Shown piece after piece: positions 18,332 through 28,610 of a DNA stretch of 64,000 nt. The position numbers and the translations under genes were made by a program. Numbering within the stretch: the first letter of the stretch is position 1; each line of letters opens with the position of its first letter. The notes under the pieces are model-generated. The model did no database searches, was not told where the DNA came from, and was given only the letters and a program-made list of their open reading frames with translations. Source of the DNA: a bacterium. GTDB taxonomy: Bacteria; UBA10199; 2-02-FULL-44-16; JAAZCA01. Location: positions 544,001 through 608,000 of the forward strand of contig CAXXGI010000001.1 in NCBI GenBank assembly GCA_963674695.2, written 5' to 3'.

Positions 18332-19582
18332 TTACGGCAGTTCGCGGGCGACGGTCGCGAGCGAGGCGCGGATGATGTCTGCGGCTTCGTCGAGATCGGC
18401 ATCGGTGTGACGATGGGCGATGTAGGAGTGGTGATAGGGCTGCATGAAGAGCCCGCGCCGGATCGCCTCGGTGAAGAAGAGCGTGCGGCGTTTTTTGTAG
18501 GTCTTGTCCGGATCGGACGGAAACGTGAAATAGGGCATCGGCGGAATGCCGGAGAGCTCGGCCTTGGCCCCCGTCTCGTCGATGATGGCCTGCAACTTCT
18601 TGAGAAAGACCGTGCCGCGCTCCCAGATGGAATCACAGACGCGCTCGCGTTCGAGAATTTCAATCGTCTTGAGCGCCGCCACCATCTCCAGCGAATTCGG
18701 AAAATAGGTCGAAGAGACAAAGACCGTGGCATCGGCTAAAGCCTTCATGATGTCGCGGCGACCGCTCACGGAAGCGATCGGATAGCCGTTGGCCATCGCT
18801 TTCCCCATCGTGGTCATATCGGGTGTGACGCCATAGCGCGCCTGCGCGCCGCCGAGCGACACGCGAAAACCGGTGCGGATCTCATCGAAGATGAGCACCG
18901 CGCCGTGATCGGTGGCGAGCTTGCGCACACCCTCCAGGAACCCCGGCGCCGGCTCCTGCACCGGCTTGGCCAGTGGATGACCGATGGGGGTCACGATGAT
19001 CGCGGCAACCTCCCCTTTATTTTCGGCAAGGATCCGCTCGAGCGAGGCCGCATCATTATATTGGAACTCGTGCGTGAGCCCGGCCACCTCATTCGGAATG
19101 CCGCCGTGCACCTCGGCACACCAATCGTGCCAGCCGTGATAGCCACAGCGTGCGATCTTTTCGCGCCCGGTAAAACCACGCGCGATGCGGACAGCGGCGG
19201 TAGTCGCGTCCGACCCGGTCTTGACGAAGAAGCTCTGCTCGGCACACGGGATGAGCGCGCGCAGTTTCTTGGCCAGCTCGTTCTGCACCGACTGACAGAG
19301 GTTGAAGCAAAACCCCCTCTTCGTCTGTTCGGCCACCGCCTGGTCGATCTCCGGCTCGCAGTGCCCGAGGATGATCGGCCCATAGGCACAGAGCAAATCG
19401 ATGTATTCGTTGCCGTCGACATCCCAGACGCGCCCACCGCGCCCCTCCTTCAGAAAGAGCGGGTACTGGCCCGGCACGAAGTTGTAGGGACGGCGAATGC
19501 CCAATACCCCACCGGGAACGAGGTCGAGCGCCTCCTCCCAGAGGGCGTTGGATTTGGTGAGATTGAGCGGCGTTGATTCCAT
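18332..19582 (-). CDS. Class III PLP aminotransferase (glutamate-1-semialdehyde aminomutase-like)
   Basis: DVDGNEYID, GPIILGH, KTGSDA, YHGWHD, LIFDEIRTGFR, GKAMANGYP. Confidence 0.88.
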   Translation of the reverse strand: MESTPLNLTKSNALWEEALDLVPGGVLGIRRPYNFVPGQYPLFLKEGRGGRVWDVDGNEYIDLLCAYGPIILGHCEPEIDQAVAEQTKRGFCFNLCQSVQNELAKKLRALIPCAEQSFFVKTGSDATTAAVRIARGFTGREKIARCGYHGWHDWCAEVHGGIPNEVAGLTHEFQYNDAASLERILAENKGEVAAIIVTPIGHPLAKPVQEPAPGFLEGVRKLATDHGAVLIFDEIRTGFRVSLGGAQARYGVTPDMTTMGKAMANGYPIASVSGRRDIMKALADATVFVSSTYFPNSLEMVAALKTIEILERERVCDSIWERGTVFLKKLQAIIDETGAKAELSGIPPMPYFTFPSDPDKTYKKRRTLFFTEAIRRGLFMQPYHHSYIAHRHTDADLDEAADIIRASLATVARELP

Positions 19583-19625
19583 GGAAAACTCCTTTCAGCA
19601 CCGAGAAGTATCAACCCCTCGCCCA

Positions 19626-19794
19626 AAGGTCAAAGCTGAAAGCTTTCAGGCTGATGATAACCCCTTGAATGTTGTCATTCCCGCGAAAGCGGGAATCTCG
19701 GTGTGCCGTAACAAGCGAGATTCCCGCTTTCGCGGGAATGACAAAAACTCAGGTTTGTCATCAGCCTCTGGTTAAAACTTTCAGCTTTGACCTT
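19626..19794. mobile_element. Nested palindromic element: 17-bp outer IR / middle IR / type A REP pair
   Basis: AAGGTCAAAGCTGAAAG...CTTTCAGCTTTGACCTT enclosing AGGCTGATGATAACC...GGTTTGTCATCAGCCT enclosing REP 19671-19745. Confidence 0.65.
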
Positions 19795-19821
19795 CTGTCC
19801 CCGCTGTTTTACACAGGGGGC

Positions 19822-22758
19822 ATGGTTTTCGCCCAAGACAAGCGCCTGATGCAAAAACGCATCTCGGAGGTACTGCTGGTCTCCTCCCCGTATGACCTCT
19901 ACCTCATGGAGGAAGAAGGGTTCCTCTCCGATCGCATCTCGGACGAATATGCCCTGCTGCACCTAACGCACGCACCAGCGGTCACGCGCGTTTCCACCGC
20001 CGAAGAGGCGCTGGAGGCGATGGAGAAGCGCCACTTCGATCTGGTCGTGACCGGCATGCGCGTCGGGAAGGCAATGAACGCCTTCGAAATGAGTCGGCGC
20101 ATCAAACAGGATCACCCGGAAATACCCGTCGCACTGCTCACCTCGGAGACCGGGAGACTGGCCACCGCAACGGCGAGTCAGCGTCGCGACATGAGAAGCA
20201 TCGACAAGATCTTTCTCTGGCACGGCGATACCCGTCTCTTCATCGCGCTGATCAAGCTCTTCGAAGATCGCGTCAACGCCGAACACGACTGTCTCAAAGA
20301 ACAGGTGCGCGCCATCATCCTCGTGGAGGACTCGCCCCACTTCTACAGCACCTACCTCCCCTTCATCTACACCGAGATCCTGGAGCAAATGCGCGCGCTC
20401 ATCCTGGAGGGAACGACCGACGAAGAAAAGCTCTTGCGCATGGCCAGCCGCCCAAAGATTCTGCTCGCCAGCAACTACGAGGAGGCTTGCACCCTCTATC
20501 AACGCTATCACGACAGCGTCCTGGGGGTCATCAGCGACATCCGTTTTCCGCGCGCCGGCGTCCTCGATGCCGAGGCCGGATTTGCCATCACCGAGATGGT
20601 CAAGAATGACAACCCGGACGTGCCGGTGCTGCTGCAGTCGAAGGATTTGGAAAAGGCCTACCGCGCCGCCGCCATGGGTGCCGAATTCGCCGATAAGAAC
20701 TCCCCCCACCTCCTGCAGAGCCTGCATCGGTTCATCACGGAATATTTTGGCTTCGGCGACTTCGTCTTCCGGCTTCCGGGAGGAGGAGAGGTGGGACGCG
20801 TTTCCACGATGCGCGGCATGGAGCGCACGCTCGAGGACGTTCCCGAGGCGGCCATCGAATATCACGCCCAGCGCAATCATTTCTCCAACTGGTTCTTCGC
20901 GCGCGGCGAGTTCGAACTGGCGGCGGGATTGCGCCCGATGAAGATCGGCGACTTCGACGACATCGAGGAGGTCCGAAACCTCCTCATCTCGCGTTTGCGT
21001 TCGGTGCGCCTGGGACGGCGACAGACGCGCATCGCCCGATTTTCCGAACGCGACTTCGACCCGACCACGCCCTTCATCCGCTTTGGCGAGGGGTCGATCG
21101 GGGGCAAGGGACGCGGCATCGCCTTCATGAGCCGCATGCTCGCCGATCCCAAAACGGCCAAACGTTTTGAAGGATATCGCGTCGGCGTGCCCCGCACCGC
21201 CGCCATCGGCACGGACATGTTCGACCGCTTTCTGCACCGCAACCGCCTCTATCGCATCGCCATGGAGGGCACCGACGATGCGGCGATCGCACAAGCGTTT
21301 CTGAACTCGGAACTCGAATCGAAATTGGTGGGAGAGCTGACCGCGTTTTTGCGCCGGGTGGAGCAACCGCTGGCCGTGCGCTCCTCGTCCCTTTCGGAGG
21401 ATTCCCTCTCGCAGCCATTCGCGGGGCTCTATTCGACCTACCTCATTCCGAACAACCACCCGGATTTCAACGAACGGCTCGCGCAGTTTTTAGCCGCCGT
21501 GAAACTCATCTATGCCTCGACCTTCTTCGCCAACCCCAAGGCCTATATGGAGGCGAACAACATCGCCATCGAGGGCGAGAAGATGGCGATCATCATCCAG
21601 GAGGTCGTGGGAACGCCGCACGGGCGATACTTCTACCCGGACATGGCCGGCGTTGCCCAATCCTACAACTATTTTCCCGTCGGCTATCTCAAACCCGAGG
21701 ACGGAGTGGCACAACTGGTCATGGGCCTGGGCACGCTCGTCGTGCGCGGCGAACGGGCGCTGCGGTTTTCGCCCCGCTATCCGCAGATCCTGCCGCAATT
21801 CACCAAGGCGCGCGACATCGTGGCCTATTCACAGCGTTCCTTTCAGGCGCTCGATCTCGAAAGCGCCAATACGACGCTCTTCACCGATGAGTCGGCGACG
21901 ATCGCCACGCTCGAATTGAGCCAGGCCGAGCATGATGGCGTGCTGGCAAAGGTCGGCGGCGTCTACGAGCCGGAGGACGACGTCGTCTACGACGGACTCT
22001 CGCGACCCGGGAAACGCGTGGTCTCCTGTCGACAGGTGCTCGCCGGTTCGCGCTTCCCCCTTCCGAATATCCTATTGGAACTCCTCGACATCGGATCCCA
22101 CGGCATGGGCTGCCCGGTCGAGTGCGAGTTCGCCTGCCAGCTCGGCGATGCCGACACGCCCCCCGCCTTCTCGCTGCTGCAGATCCGCCCGCTCGTCACC
22201 GGCGGCGAGGCCGATGAAGTGCGCATCGACGAGGTCACGACGCCGGAGTGCATCGTCACAACCAACCGCGCCATGGGCAACGGCGTCTTCGACGAGATCA
22301 CCACCATCATCGCGGTCAAACCGCAGACGTTCGACCTGTCGCGCACGAGTGAGATCGCCCAGGAGGTCGGCCGCTTCAACGCCGAGATGGTTCGACGCGG
22401 TGAAACCTATATTCTGCTCGGATTCGGACGATGGGGAACGGTGAACCCTCTGCTCGGCATCCCGGTGACCTACGCGCAGGTCTCGCATGCGAAGGTAATC
22501 GGCGAAATCTCCACAGAGGAAATTCACATCGAACCCTCGCAGGGGACGCACTTCTTCCACAACATCGCTTCCTGCCGCATCGGCTACCTCTCGATCGACA
22601 CCACCGACGGCGACGACGAGTTCGTCGACTGGAACTGGATCGCCGCGCAGCCCGTCGAGATGGAATCTCAATTTGTTCGGATGATCCGCTGTGCAAAACC
22701 GGTGGTAACGCGTGTCGATGGACGCACGGGGAAGGGCGTGATTTTGAAACCGCACTAA
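19822..22758 (+). CDS. Receiver-domain + PPDK/PEP-synthase N-terminal (ATP-grasp) domain protein with C-terminal His motif
   Basis: Degenerate REC, split REC (ILVEDS...ISDIRFP), GSIGGKGRG, AVRSSSLSED, FAGLY, GRWG, PSQGTHFFHN; no PEP-binding barrel apparent. Confidence 0.85.
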   Translation: MVFAQDKRLMQKRISEVLLVSSPYDLYLMEEEGFLSDRISDEYALLHLTHAPAVTRVSTAEEALEAMEKRHFDLVVTGMRVGKAMNAFEMSRRIKQDHPEIPVALLTSETGRLATATASQRRDMRSIDKIFLWHGDTRLFIALIKLFEDRVNAEHDCLKEQVRAIILVEDSPHFYSTYLPFIYTEILEQMRALILEGTTDEEKLLRMASRPKILLASNYEEACTLYQRYHDSVLGVISDIRFPRAGVLDAEAGFAITEMVKNDNPDVPVLLQSKDLEKAYRAAAMGAEFADKNSPHLLQSLHRFITEYFGFGDFVFRLPGGGEVGRVSTMRGMERTLEDVPEAAIEYHAQRNHFSNWFFARGEFELAAGLRPMKIGDFDDIEEVRNLLISRLRSVRLGRRQTRIARFSERDFDPTTPFIRFGEGSIGGKGRGIAFMSRMLADPKTAKRFEGYRVGVPRTAAIGTDMFDRFLHRNRLYRIAMEGTDDAAIAQAFLNSELESKLVGELTAFLRRVEQPLAVRSSSLSEDSLSQPFAGLYSTYLIPNNHPDFNERLAQFLAAVKLIYASTFFANPKAYMEANNIAIEGEKMAIIIQEVVGTPHGRYFYPDMAGVAQSYNYFPVGYLKPEDGVAQLVMGLGTLVVRGERALRFSPRYPQILPQFTKARDIVAYSQRSFQALDLESANTTLFTDESATIATLELSQAEHDGVLAKVGGVYEPEDDVVYDGLSRPGKRVVSCRQVLAGSRFPLPNILLELLDIGSHGMGCPVECEFACQLGDADTPPAFSLLQIRPLVTGGEADEVRIDEVTTPECIVTTNRAMGNGVFDEITTIIAVKPQTFDLSRTSEIAQEVGRFNAEMVRRGETYILLGFGRWGTVNPLLGIPVTYAQVSHAKVIGEISTEEIHIEPSQGTHFFHNIASCRIGYLSIDTTDGDDEFVDWNWIAAQPVEMESQFVRMIRCAKPVVTRVDGRTGKGVILKPH

Positions 22759-22777
22759 CGAAGTATATGGACTTGTG

Positions 22778-22850
22778 TTGTCATTCCCGCGAAGGCGGGA
22801 ATCTCGACTTTTCAAGCACTTCGAGATTCCCGCCTTCGCGGGAATGACAA
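22778..22850. repeat. REP-like palindrome pair, type A
   Basis: GTCATTCCCGCGAAGGCGGGAATC ... GATTCCCGCCTTCGCGGGAATGAC. Confidence 0.85.
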
Positions 22851-22886
22851 AAATCGGCATAATCAACTTTTTCGGACAGACACTGT

Positions 22887-23444
22887 TTACGTTTTCATCC
22901 GCAAATCGATGTCCACGATCTGGTCGGCAAATTCGATGCCCGCCTCATAGACGCGTTCGAAGACGGTGGGATGGAACATGCGCACCCAGCGTACGGTTCC
23001 GTGCAGGGCGCAGGCCGCGAGATTGGGCGGCGCGATGACGAGGTGCCGACCCTGTTCGATCGGTTCATGCGACTGAAAACGTATCCCCAACGTGGAGACA
23101 TCCTTCACCCGAGCCGTGTGCCATTGCGAATCGTGATCAAAGCAATAGGAGATCGTCGCCGCGATATCATGACGAGGCACGCGGCGGCGCTCCGGTCCGG
23201 AGGCAACCGCAGGCACCTGTTTGTGCTGATCGAGTTTGACCAACAGGTCATAGCGCGCACGACGCGACGCATCCGAGAGCGTCTCATAGGCCAGATTGAT
23301 TTCGGCCGCCTCGTCGGTGTCGCCCCCCCGGTCGGGATGCTTGCCCATGGTCGACATGAGCGTCCGGTAGGCCGCAGTGATCATCTCCGGCTCAGCATCG
23401 GCGGAGATTTGAAGGATGTCATAGTAGGTGCGTGTTTTGTCCAT
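22887..23444 (-). CDS. DnaJ (J-domain) + PilZ domain protein
   Basis: YYDILQI, HPD, INLAYETLSD..RARYD; RRRVPR (RxxxR) and DVSTLG (DxSxxG). Confidence 0.88.
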   Translation of the reverse strand: MDKTRTYYDILQISADAEPEMITAAYRTLMSTMGKHPDRGGDTDEAAEINLAYETLSDASRRARYDLLVKLDQHKQVPAVASGPERRRVPRHDIAATISYCFDHDSQWHTARVKDVSTLGIRFQSHEPIEQGRHLVIAPPNLAACALHGTVRWVRMFHPTVFERVYEAGIEFADQIVDIDLRMKT

Positions 23445-23453
23445 GATGACCCT

Positions 23454-23481
23454 TTATCGCATCTTCTTCAAAAAGGTTGCG
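23454..23481 (-). promoter_or_regulatory. Recurrent promoter-like motif, copy D
   Basis: Minus strand CGCAACC-N13-TGCGATAA, ending about 10 nt before ATG 23444. Confidence 0.5.
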
Positions 23482-23676
23482 CAAAAAAACACCCCCACAC
23501 GAATTATTGAAAAACAGAATAAAATTCAATGGGATCGCCATCCTCCCCCCCGATCCGACAGGGGGAATATCATCGCGGGCAAGTCCTTTACAGTTATCGG
23601 AACATCCTTTATATCCATTTGGATTCGCCGATCGCAGCGGAAATGCCGCATTCTCGATCCGGCGGGGGGTTTTCAC

Positions 23677-24690
23677 GTGGTTTCCAGCAAGGCCAAACGA
23701 ATTGCCGTCATCGACGACTCGGAGACAACGCGCGCCTTCATGGGCGTGATCCTGTCGGAGGCGGGCTATAGCGTACTGACGGCAAATGACGGCCGGGAGG
23801 GGCTCAATCTCATCGAGCAGGCCAAGCCCGACCTCATCATCCTCGACCTGGTCATGCCGAATCTCTCCGGATTTGCCGTCCTCAACATCCTGCAGGCCAA
23901 GGGCATTACCACCCCCGTACTCGTCATCACCGGCATTGCCGAAATCAGCGACGATCTCGCGCACTTGGGCATTGCCGGGCTCATCGTCAAACCGATCGAT
24001 GCGGATCGCCTGCTGCGCCACATCGATGCCATCTTCAAACTCCAGGAAGTTTCCGAGGAGATGGAGACAAACGTCGAGGATATCTGGGAGTCACAGGAAC
24101 GCTCCATCGACGAGGAGTCCTGGCCGGAACCACTGGCGCACGTGGAAGGCAAACCCCTCCACCACAGCGGTTCGATGATCCGACCCAATCAGAAGCCATC
24201 GGCTGATTCCTCGAAGATCGAGACGGAGTCCCCGCCTGCATCGCTGCCACCGGATGTCGCATCTCCCCCTCCGATCGAACCGGAGGAGGTGGACCCGAAC
24301 AAACCAAAACCGCTGGTTCTCATCGTCGAAGACGAGGAGGACCTGCGCAGCATGCTCTCACAGATGCTCGAGTTCTCCGGCTTTCGCGCGGCAACGGCTG
24401 CCGATGGACAGGAGGGACTCAACAAGGCGCAGGAACTGACCCCGAACGCCATCATCCTGGACCTGATGCTCCCCAAACTGGACGGCTTTCAGGTCTGCCG
24501 ACTGCTCAAGTTCGATGAGAAATACCGCGAGATCCCGATCATCATCCTCACCGCACGCAGCCAACCGGAGGACCAGAGACTTGCCGAAGCCTCCGGTGCG
24601 GATGCCTACATGACCAAACCCTTTGAGACGGATGTCCTGCTGGAAACACTGCACCGCGTGATCGTCAATCGGGCACATGCGCATCACTAG
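23677..24690 (+). CDS. Response regulator with two receiver domains and a Pro/acidic linker
   Basis: IDDS...LDLVMP...KP and VEDE...LDLMLP...TKPF; GTG start after GGGGG. Confidence 0.88.
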   Translation: MVSSKAKRIAVIDDSETTRAFMGVILSEAGYSVLTANDGREGLNLIEQAKPDLIILDLVMPNLSGFAVLNILQAKGITTPVLVITGIAEISDDLAHLGIAGLIVKPIDADRLLRHIDAIFKLQEVSEEMETNVEDIWESQERSIDEESWPEPLAHVEGKPLHHSGSMIRPNQKPSADSSKIETESPPASLPPDVASPPPIEPEEVDPNKPKPLVLIVEDEEDLRSMLSQMLEFSGFRAATAADGQEGLNKAQELTPNAIILDLMLPKLDGFQVCRLLKFDEKYREIPIIILTARSQPEDQRLAEASGADAYMTKPFETDVLLETLHRVIVNRAHAHH

Positions 24691-24702
24691 AGATGGATTT
24701 TG

Positions 24703-24775
24703 TTGTCATTCCCGAGAAATCGGGAATCTCGGTGTACTTGAAAGATCGGGATTCCCGCTTTCGCGGGAATGACAA
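24703..24775. repeat. REP-like palindrome pair, type A
   Basis: GTCATTCCCGAGAAATCGGGAATC ... GATTCCCGCTTTCGCGGGAATGAC. Confidence 0.85.
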
Positions 24776-24843
24776 AAATATTTTCAATCGCCATTTCCCG
24801 ACAGGTTCTCACGAACGAGCAGCAACGCGGCATAAGATGTGCT

Positions 24844-25212
24844 TTACGTCACCACCTTGGCCATCTGATCGAAGACGAAGGACATGAAGCGATTCTTGTC
24901 GACGTCGGGCATATTCTTGATCATGACGCCGGTTTCATAACTCGTATTCGTGATCTTGCTCTGCCAGACCACCTCGCCCTCCGCCGTGATCGGATCACCC
25001 TCGTCATCGCCCAGCACGATATCGAGCGCCAGCATGGTTCCGTTGGCGAGCGCGGTGGGCGTCATCAGACGAAGACCGCCGATGCTCACATCGCTGGAAA
25101 TCCCCTCGCGCGGATCGGGCGCCATCTCCGACTGCCCGATGATGCGATAGCTGACGGTGAGCGCCAAATCGAGGCGCGCAAACTTTCTTCTCTCCGAACC
25201 CGATGGTGACAT
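24844..25212 (-). CDS. Stand-alone PilZ domain protein
   Basis: ERRKFAR, DVSIGG, GEVVW; GGAGGAG RBS. Confidence 0.88.
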   Translation of the reverse strand: MSPSGSERRKFARLDLALTVSYRIIGQSEMAPDPREGISSDVSIGGLRLMTPTALANGTMLALDIVLGDDEGDPITAEGEVVWQSKITNTSYETGVMIKNMPDVDKNRFMSFVFDQMAKVVT

Positions 25213-25244
25213 GATGCTCCTCCATTTCACGCTTCACGCTTGAA

Positions 25245-25369
25245 CACCTCTAAAAACTCATACGAGCCGCCGCGAGGGGAAATCATGTGCGTCTGGAACA
25301 AGCTTCATCTGTGAAGATGCACATGATTTCCCCGGGAGGCGGCATTCGAACCCACGTTTTTTAGAGGTG
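25245..25369. mobile_element. MITE-like element with CACCTCTAAAAA terminal IR and internal 19-bp hairpin
   Basis: CACCTCTAAAAA/TTTTTAGAGGTG ends; GCCGCC/GGCGGC; GGGGAAATCATGTGCGTCT/AGATGCACATGATTTCCCC. Confidence 0.55.
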
Positions 25370-25438
25370 CCCGCTCCACCCCTATAGTCCCTCGGTGGAT
25401 TGTTGACAATCATCTTCTCGACCACTATCCCCGCGCCC

Positions 25439-26188
25439 ATGCCTATCGACACACTCACCATTGTGCTCGTCGAGCCCCAGGGCGATGCCAACATCGGTGC
25501 CGTCGCGCGCGCGATGAAGAACTTCGACATCGAGGATCTGCGACTCGTCGGCGGCGTGCCGCACATGACGCCCAACGCCTTCAACTGGGCCGTGGGCGCA
25601 CGCGACCGACTCGAGCGGGCGCAGCGCTTCGACGATCTCGCCTCCGCACTCGGCGATGTCGACTATGCCCTGGGACTCACCCGTCGCATCGGACGCAACC
25701 GCCGCCGTCACGAGACGATGCACACCGCCGCAATGGAAGCGGCCACACGGTGCCGATCCGGTCGCGCCGCCATCGTCTTCGGCCGCGAGGACGCGGGGCT
25801 CACCAACGACGAGATCGCGCACTGCGACGCGATCGTCTCCATCCGCACGAGCGAACACTTCCCCTCGCTCAACTTGGCACAAGCCGTCCTCATCGCCTGC
25901 CGCGACATCTTCGAGGCCGCCGCAGATGAATCCCCCTCGACGACAGAGACCCTCGAGGAACCCTTCCTGCCGCGCTCCGAGTGGCAACCGATCATGGACC
26001 GCCTCGAGGGCATGCTCGGGATGCTCACCTACGAGGACATCCCCGATCATCCGCTCAAGACGAACATCCTCGAGCGGTGGCGCAAGCTTTTCGGCCGCGC
26101 CGGCCTGACCGAACGCGACCTGAACATGCTCGAAGGCCTCATCAATCGAATTGAAACCTCCATCACACCCGATGAAAGCAAGCGCTGA
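25439..26188 (+). CDS. trmJ: SPOUT RNA methyltransferase, TrmJ/LasT family
   Basis: VLVEPQGDANIGAVARAMKNF, VFGREDAGLTNDE, SLNLAQAV. Confidence 0.88.
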   Translation: MPIDTLTIVLVEPQGDANIGAVARAMKNFDIEDLRLVGGVPHMTPNAFNWAVGARDRLERAQRFDDLASALGDVDYALGLTRRIGRNRRRHETMHTAAMEAATRCRSGRAAIVFGREDAGLTNDEIAHCDAIVSIRTSEHFPSLNLAQAVLIACRDIFEAAADESPSTTETLEEPFLPRSEWQPIMDRLEGMLGMLTYEDIPDHPLKTNILERWRKLFGRAGLTERDLNMLEGLINRIETSITPDESKR

Positions 26189-26209
26189 AATACGTGCACG
26201 CTATGAGAG

Positions 26210-26351
26210 GCCAACATCCAGGAGAGTAGTGCTCTTCGGGGATCTCTTCTTTCATCGCAATCGAAGCCTCTGATAATGCGATGAAAGAAGAAAAAGCCGT
26301 CGAAGGCTGAGACGGCGGTCCCCGAAGAGCACTACTCTCCTGGATGTTGGC
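26210..26351 (+). ncRNA. Structured three-way-junction element, copy 1 (ncRNA or palindromic mobile unit)
   Basis: 35-bp outer stem (one G-U), 15-bp stem with 17-nt loop, AAAA linker, 6-bp stem; core shared with 61595-61740; strand only tentatively inferred from the G-U pair. Confidence 0.55.
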
Positions 26352-26418
26352 ATCCGATGAGAGCAGCACAAACGGATCAATCTCTTGCCTCGCACCCTCC
26401 GCTCCGATATGAAGGGGT

Positions 26419-28602
26419 ATGGCCCCGCCCACCATGACCTCGAAGGTCAAACGCCTGGCCGCCCTACCCGAACAGCTGCGCGGGAAGCTTCGCCAGCATC
26501 GGCGCATCCGCGCGATCTGGGCCGTGATCATCGCTCTGGTCAGCACGGGGATCTTCGCCCTCTTCATCGATTCCCCTTTTCTCACCACCTGGGAGCTCAA
26601 GACCTACGACTGGCGCATGATGGCCACGCGCCCGCACGCCCCAGGCGAAGGGGAAAACGTCGCGCTGCTCTACGTCGATGAACCGTCGCTGACCACGATG
26701 AAGGAGATGGGGATCTCCTGGCCCTGGCCGCGCGAACTCTATGCCAATATGCTCGACTTCTGTCGGCGGGGAGGCGCGCGCGCGGTTCTCTTCGACCTCT
26801 TCTTCTCGGAGGATTCGATCTATGGCGTCGAAGATGACGAGGCCTTCGCGGCCGGGGTGACGCAGTTCGACCCGGCCTATTTCGTCCTCTTCGCCAGTCG
26901 GCAGGATGCCGGCGGACCGCCCCCGCCGAAGGCAGTGTTCACCAAATCGCGCGTTCCGTTCGAGGACCGCATCCCCCGCTTCATGCCTCACGCCGCGTCG
27001 CTGGCCTCGCTTCCGCTGCCGTCGCTCGTCGAAGCCGCAACCGGTCTGGGAAATGTGCGCACCGACCCGGACGTCGACGGCATCTACCGGCGCGTTCCGC
27101 TGCTCACGCGTTTGGGGCAAGCGGTCATCCCGCACGTCTCGCTCAAGGTGGTCAGCGATCTCACCAACGTTGAGGCCATCGTTTGGCCCCGACGGACGCG
27201 CCTCTTTGTGGACGGCCGCCCCGTTCCGCTCGACCGACACGGCAACCTGATGATCAACTATATCGGCGGCGTGGATAGCTATCCGAACTATCCCCTCGCG
27301 CAGGTCCTCATCTCCGCCCAGCAGCTCGCCGAGGGAAAGGAGCCCGACCTGAATCCTGCGGTGCTCGCGGGTCGCGTCGTCGTGGTGGGCGTTGCAGCCC
27401 CCGGCCTCTACGATCTCAAACCCACGCCGCTGGCGCGCGTCTATCCGGGACCCGAGATCCACGCCACGCTCATCGATTCGCTCCTGCGCCGTGATTTCAT
27501 CCGCCCGGTCCGGCCCTGGGTGACGGCCCTCGTTGCGTTGGCCATGGCGCTAGCCGCGGCCTTAGGGATGGCGCACCTGGAACGCCTGGGGCTGATCGCG
27601 GCGTGGCTGGGGGGATTTTTCGGTCTCATCATCGGCGTCTCGGTGCTGCTCTTTTGGCTCAACATCTGGATGCCGATCATCGCCCCGGTGGGGGCGGGAA
27701 TGTGCGCGGCTTTCACGATGCTGCTGCGCCGCTATCTCACCGAGGGACGCAAGCGCCGCGCCATCCGCAAGGCGTTCGGCCAGTACCTCTCGCCGGAGGT
27801 CGTCACCGAGATCGCCAAGGATCCGGAGAACGTCCGACTCGGCGGCGAGGAGAATATCGTCACCATCTTCTTCTCCGACATCGCGAACTTCACGACCACC
27901 GCTGAAACGATGTCACCATCGGAACTGGTGGCTCTGCTCAACCGCTATCTCACCGAGGTCAGCTCCATCATCGTCGGCCACGAGGGGACGCTCGACAAAT
28001 ATATCGGCGACGCCGTGATGGCCTTCTGGGGCGCGCCGCTCAAGCTCGAGGATCACGCCGCGCTCGCGGTGTTGACCGCACTTGAAGTCCAGGAGAAGCT
28101 CGTCGCCTTTCCGGAGCTTCCCACCCGCATCGGCATTCACACGGGGCAGGCGGTGGTCGGCAACATCGGCTCGGACATGCGTTTCAACTACACCGCCATC
28201 GGCGACACCGTGAATCTCGCCAGCCGCCTGGAGGGGGTCAACAAACAGTTCGGCACGCGCATCATCATCAGCGAAACGACCTATGCCCGCGTGGGCACCG
28301 CCATCGAGGCGCGCCAGATCGGACGGGTGCGCGTGAAGGGACGGGCCGAGCCGATCGCTATCTATGAACCGCTCTGCCCGAAGGGGATGCTCGACGATGC
28401 CCAACGCGCGCGGCAGGAAACCTTTGCAGACGGCATGGAACAATTCTTCGCCGGAAACTTCGAAGCGGCGCATAAGATCTTCGACGGCCTGCGCGGAGAA
28501 GAGGATCCGGTGGTTGCAACCTATCGGACCATATGCGATAGATTCAAATGCGAGCCGCCGCCAGAACCCTTCGACGGCGTCATCACCTTCACGACGAAAT
28601 AA
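26419..28602 (+). CDS. CHASE2-domain adenylate cyclase
   Basis: WPWPR, DVDGIYRR, PGPEIHA, 3 TM, FSDIANFT, DKYIGDAVM, YTAIGDTVNLASRLE. Confidence 0.93.
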   Translation: MAPPTMTSKVKRLAALPEQLRGKLRQHRRIRAIWAVIIALVSTGIFALFIDSPFLTTWELKTYDWRMMATRPHAPGEGENVALLYVDEPSLTTMKEMGISWPWPRELYANMLDFCRRGGARAVLFDLFFSEDSIYGVEDDEAFAAGVTQFDPAYFVLFASRQDAGGPPPPKAVFTKSRVPFEDRIPRFMPHAASLASLPLPSLVEAATGLGNVRTDPDVDGIYRRVPLLTRLGQAVIPHVSLKVVSDLTNVEAIVWPRRTRLFVDGRPVPLDRHGNLMINYIGGVDSYPNYPLAQVLISAQQLAEGKEPDLNPAVLAGRVVVVGVAAPGLYDLKPTPLARVYPGPEIHATLIDSLLRRDFIRPVRPWVTALVALAMALAAALGMAHLERLGLIAAWLGGFFGLIIGVSVLLFWLNIWMPIIAPVGAGMCAAFTMLLRRYLTEGRKRRAIRKAFGQYLSPEVVTEIAKDPENVRLGGEENIVTIFFSDIANFTTTAETMSPSELVALLNRYLTEVSSIIVGHEGTLDKYIGDAVMAFWGAPLKLEDHAALAVLTALEVQEKLVAFPELPTRIGIHTGQAVVGNIGSDMRFNYTAIGDTVNLASRLEGVNKQFGTRIIISETTYARVGTAIEARQIGRVRVKGRAEPIAIYEPLCPKGMLDDAQRARQETFADGMEQFFAGNFEAAHKIFDGLRGEEDPVVATYRTICDRFKCEPPPEPFDGVITFTTK

Positions 28603-28610
28603 GTGATCAT

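Noticed and set aside
18141-18410. ORFs with SPFTVHR repeats
   Set aside because: Translations of the heptamer tract
18332-19582. Calling this gene hemL
   Set aside because: Class III aminotransferase motifs are clear, but the sequence is divergent (PGGVLGIRRP, YHGWHD) and no tetrapyrrole genes are nearby
26210-26351. Hammerhead ribozyme or retron msr-msd
   Set aside because: CTGATAA/TTGATGA lies in a hairpin loop, not at the junction, and GAAA is base-paired; no reverse transcriptase is adjacent to either copy
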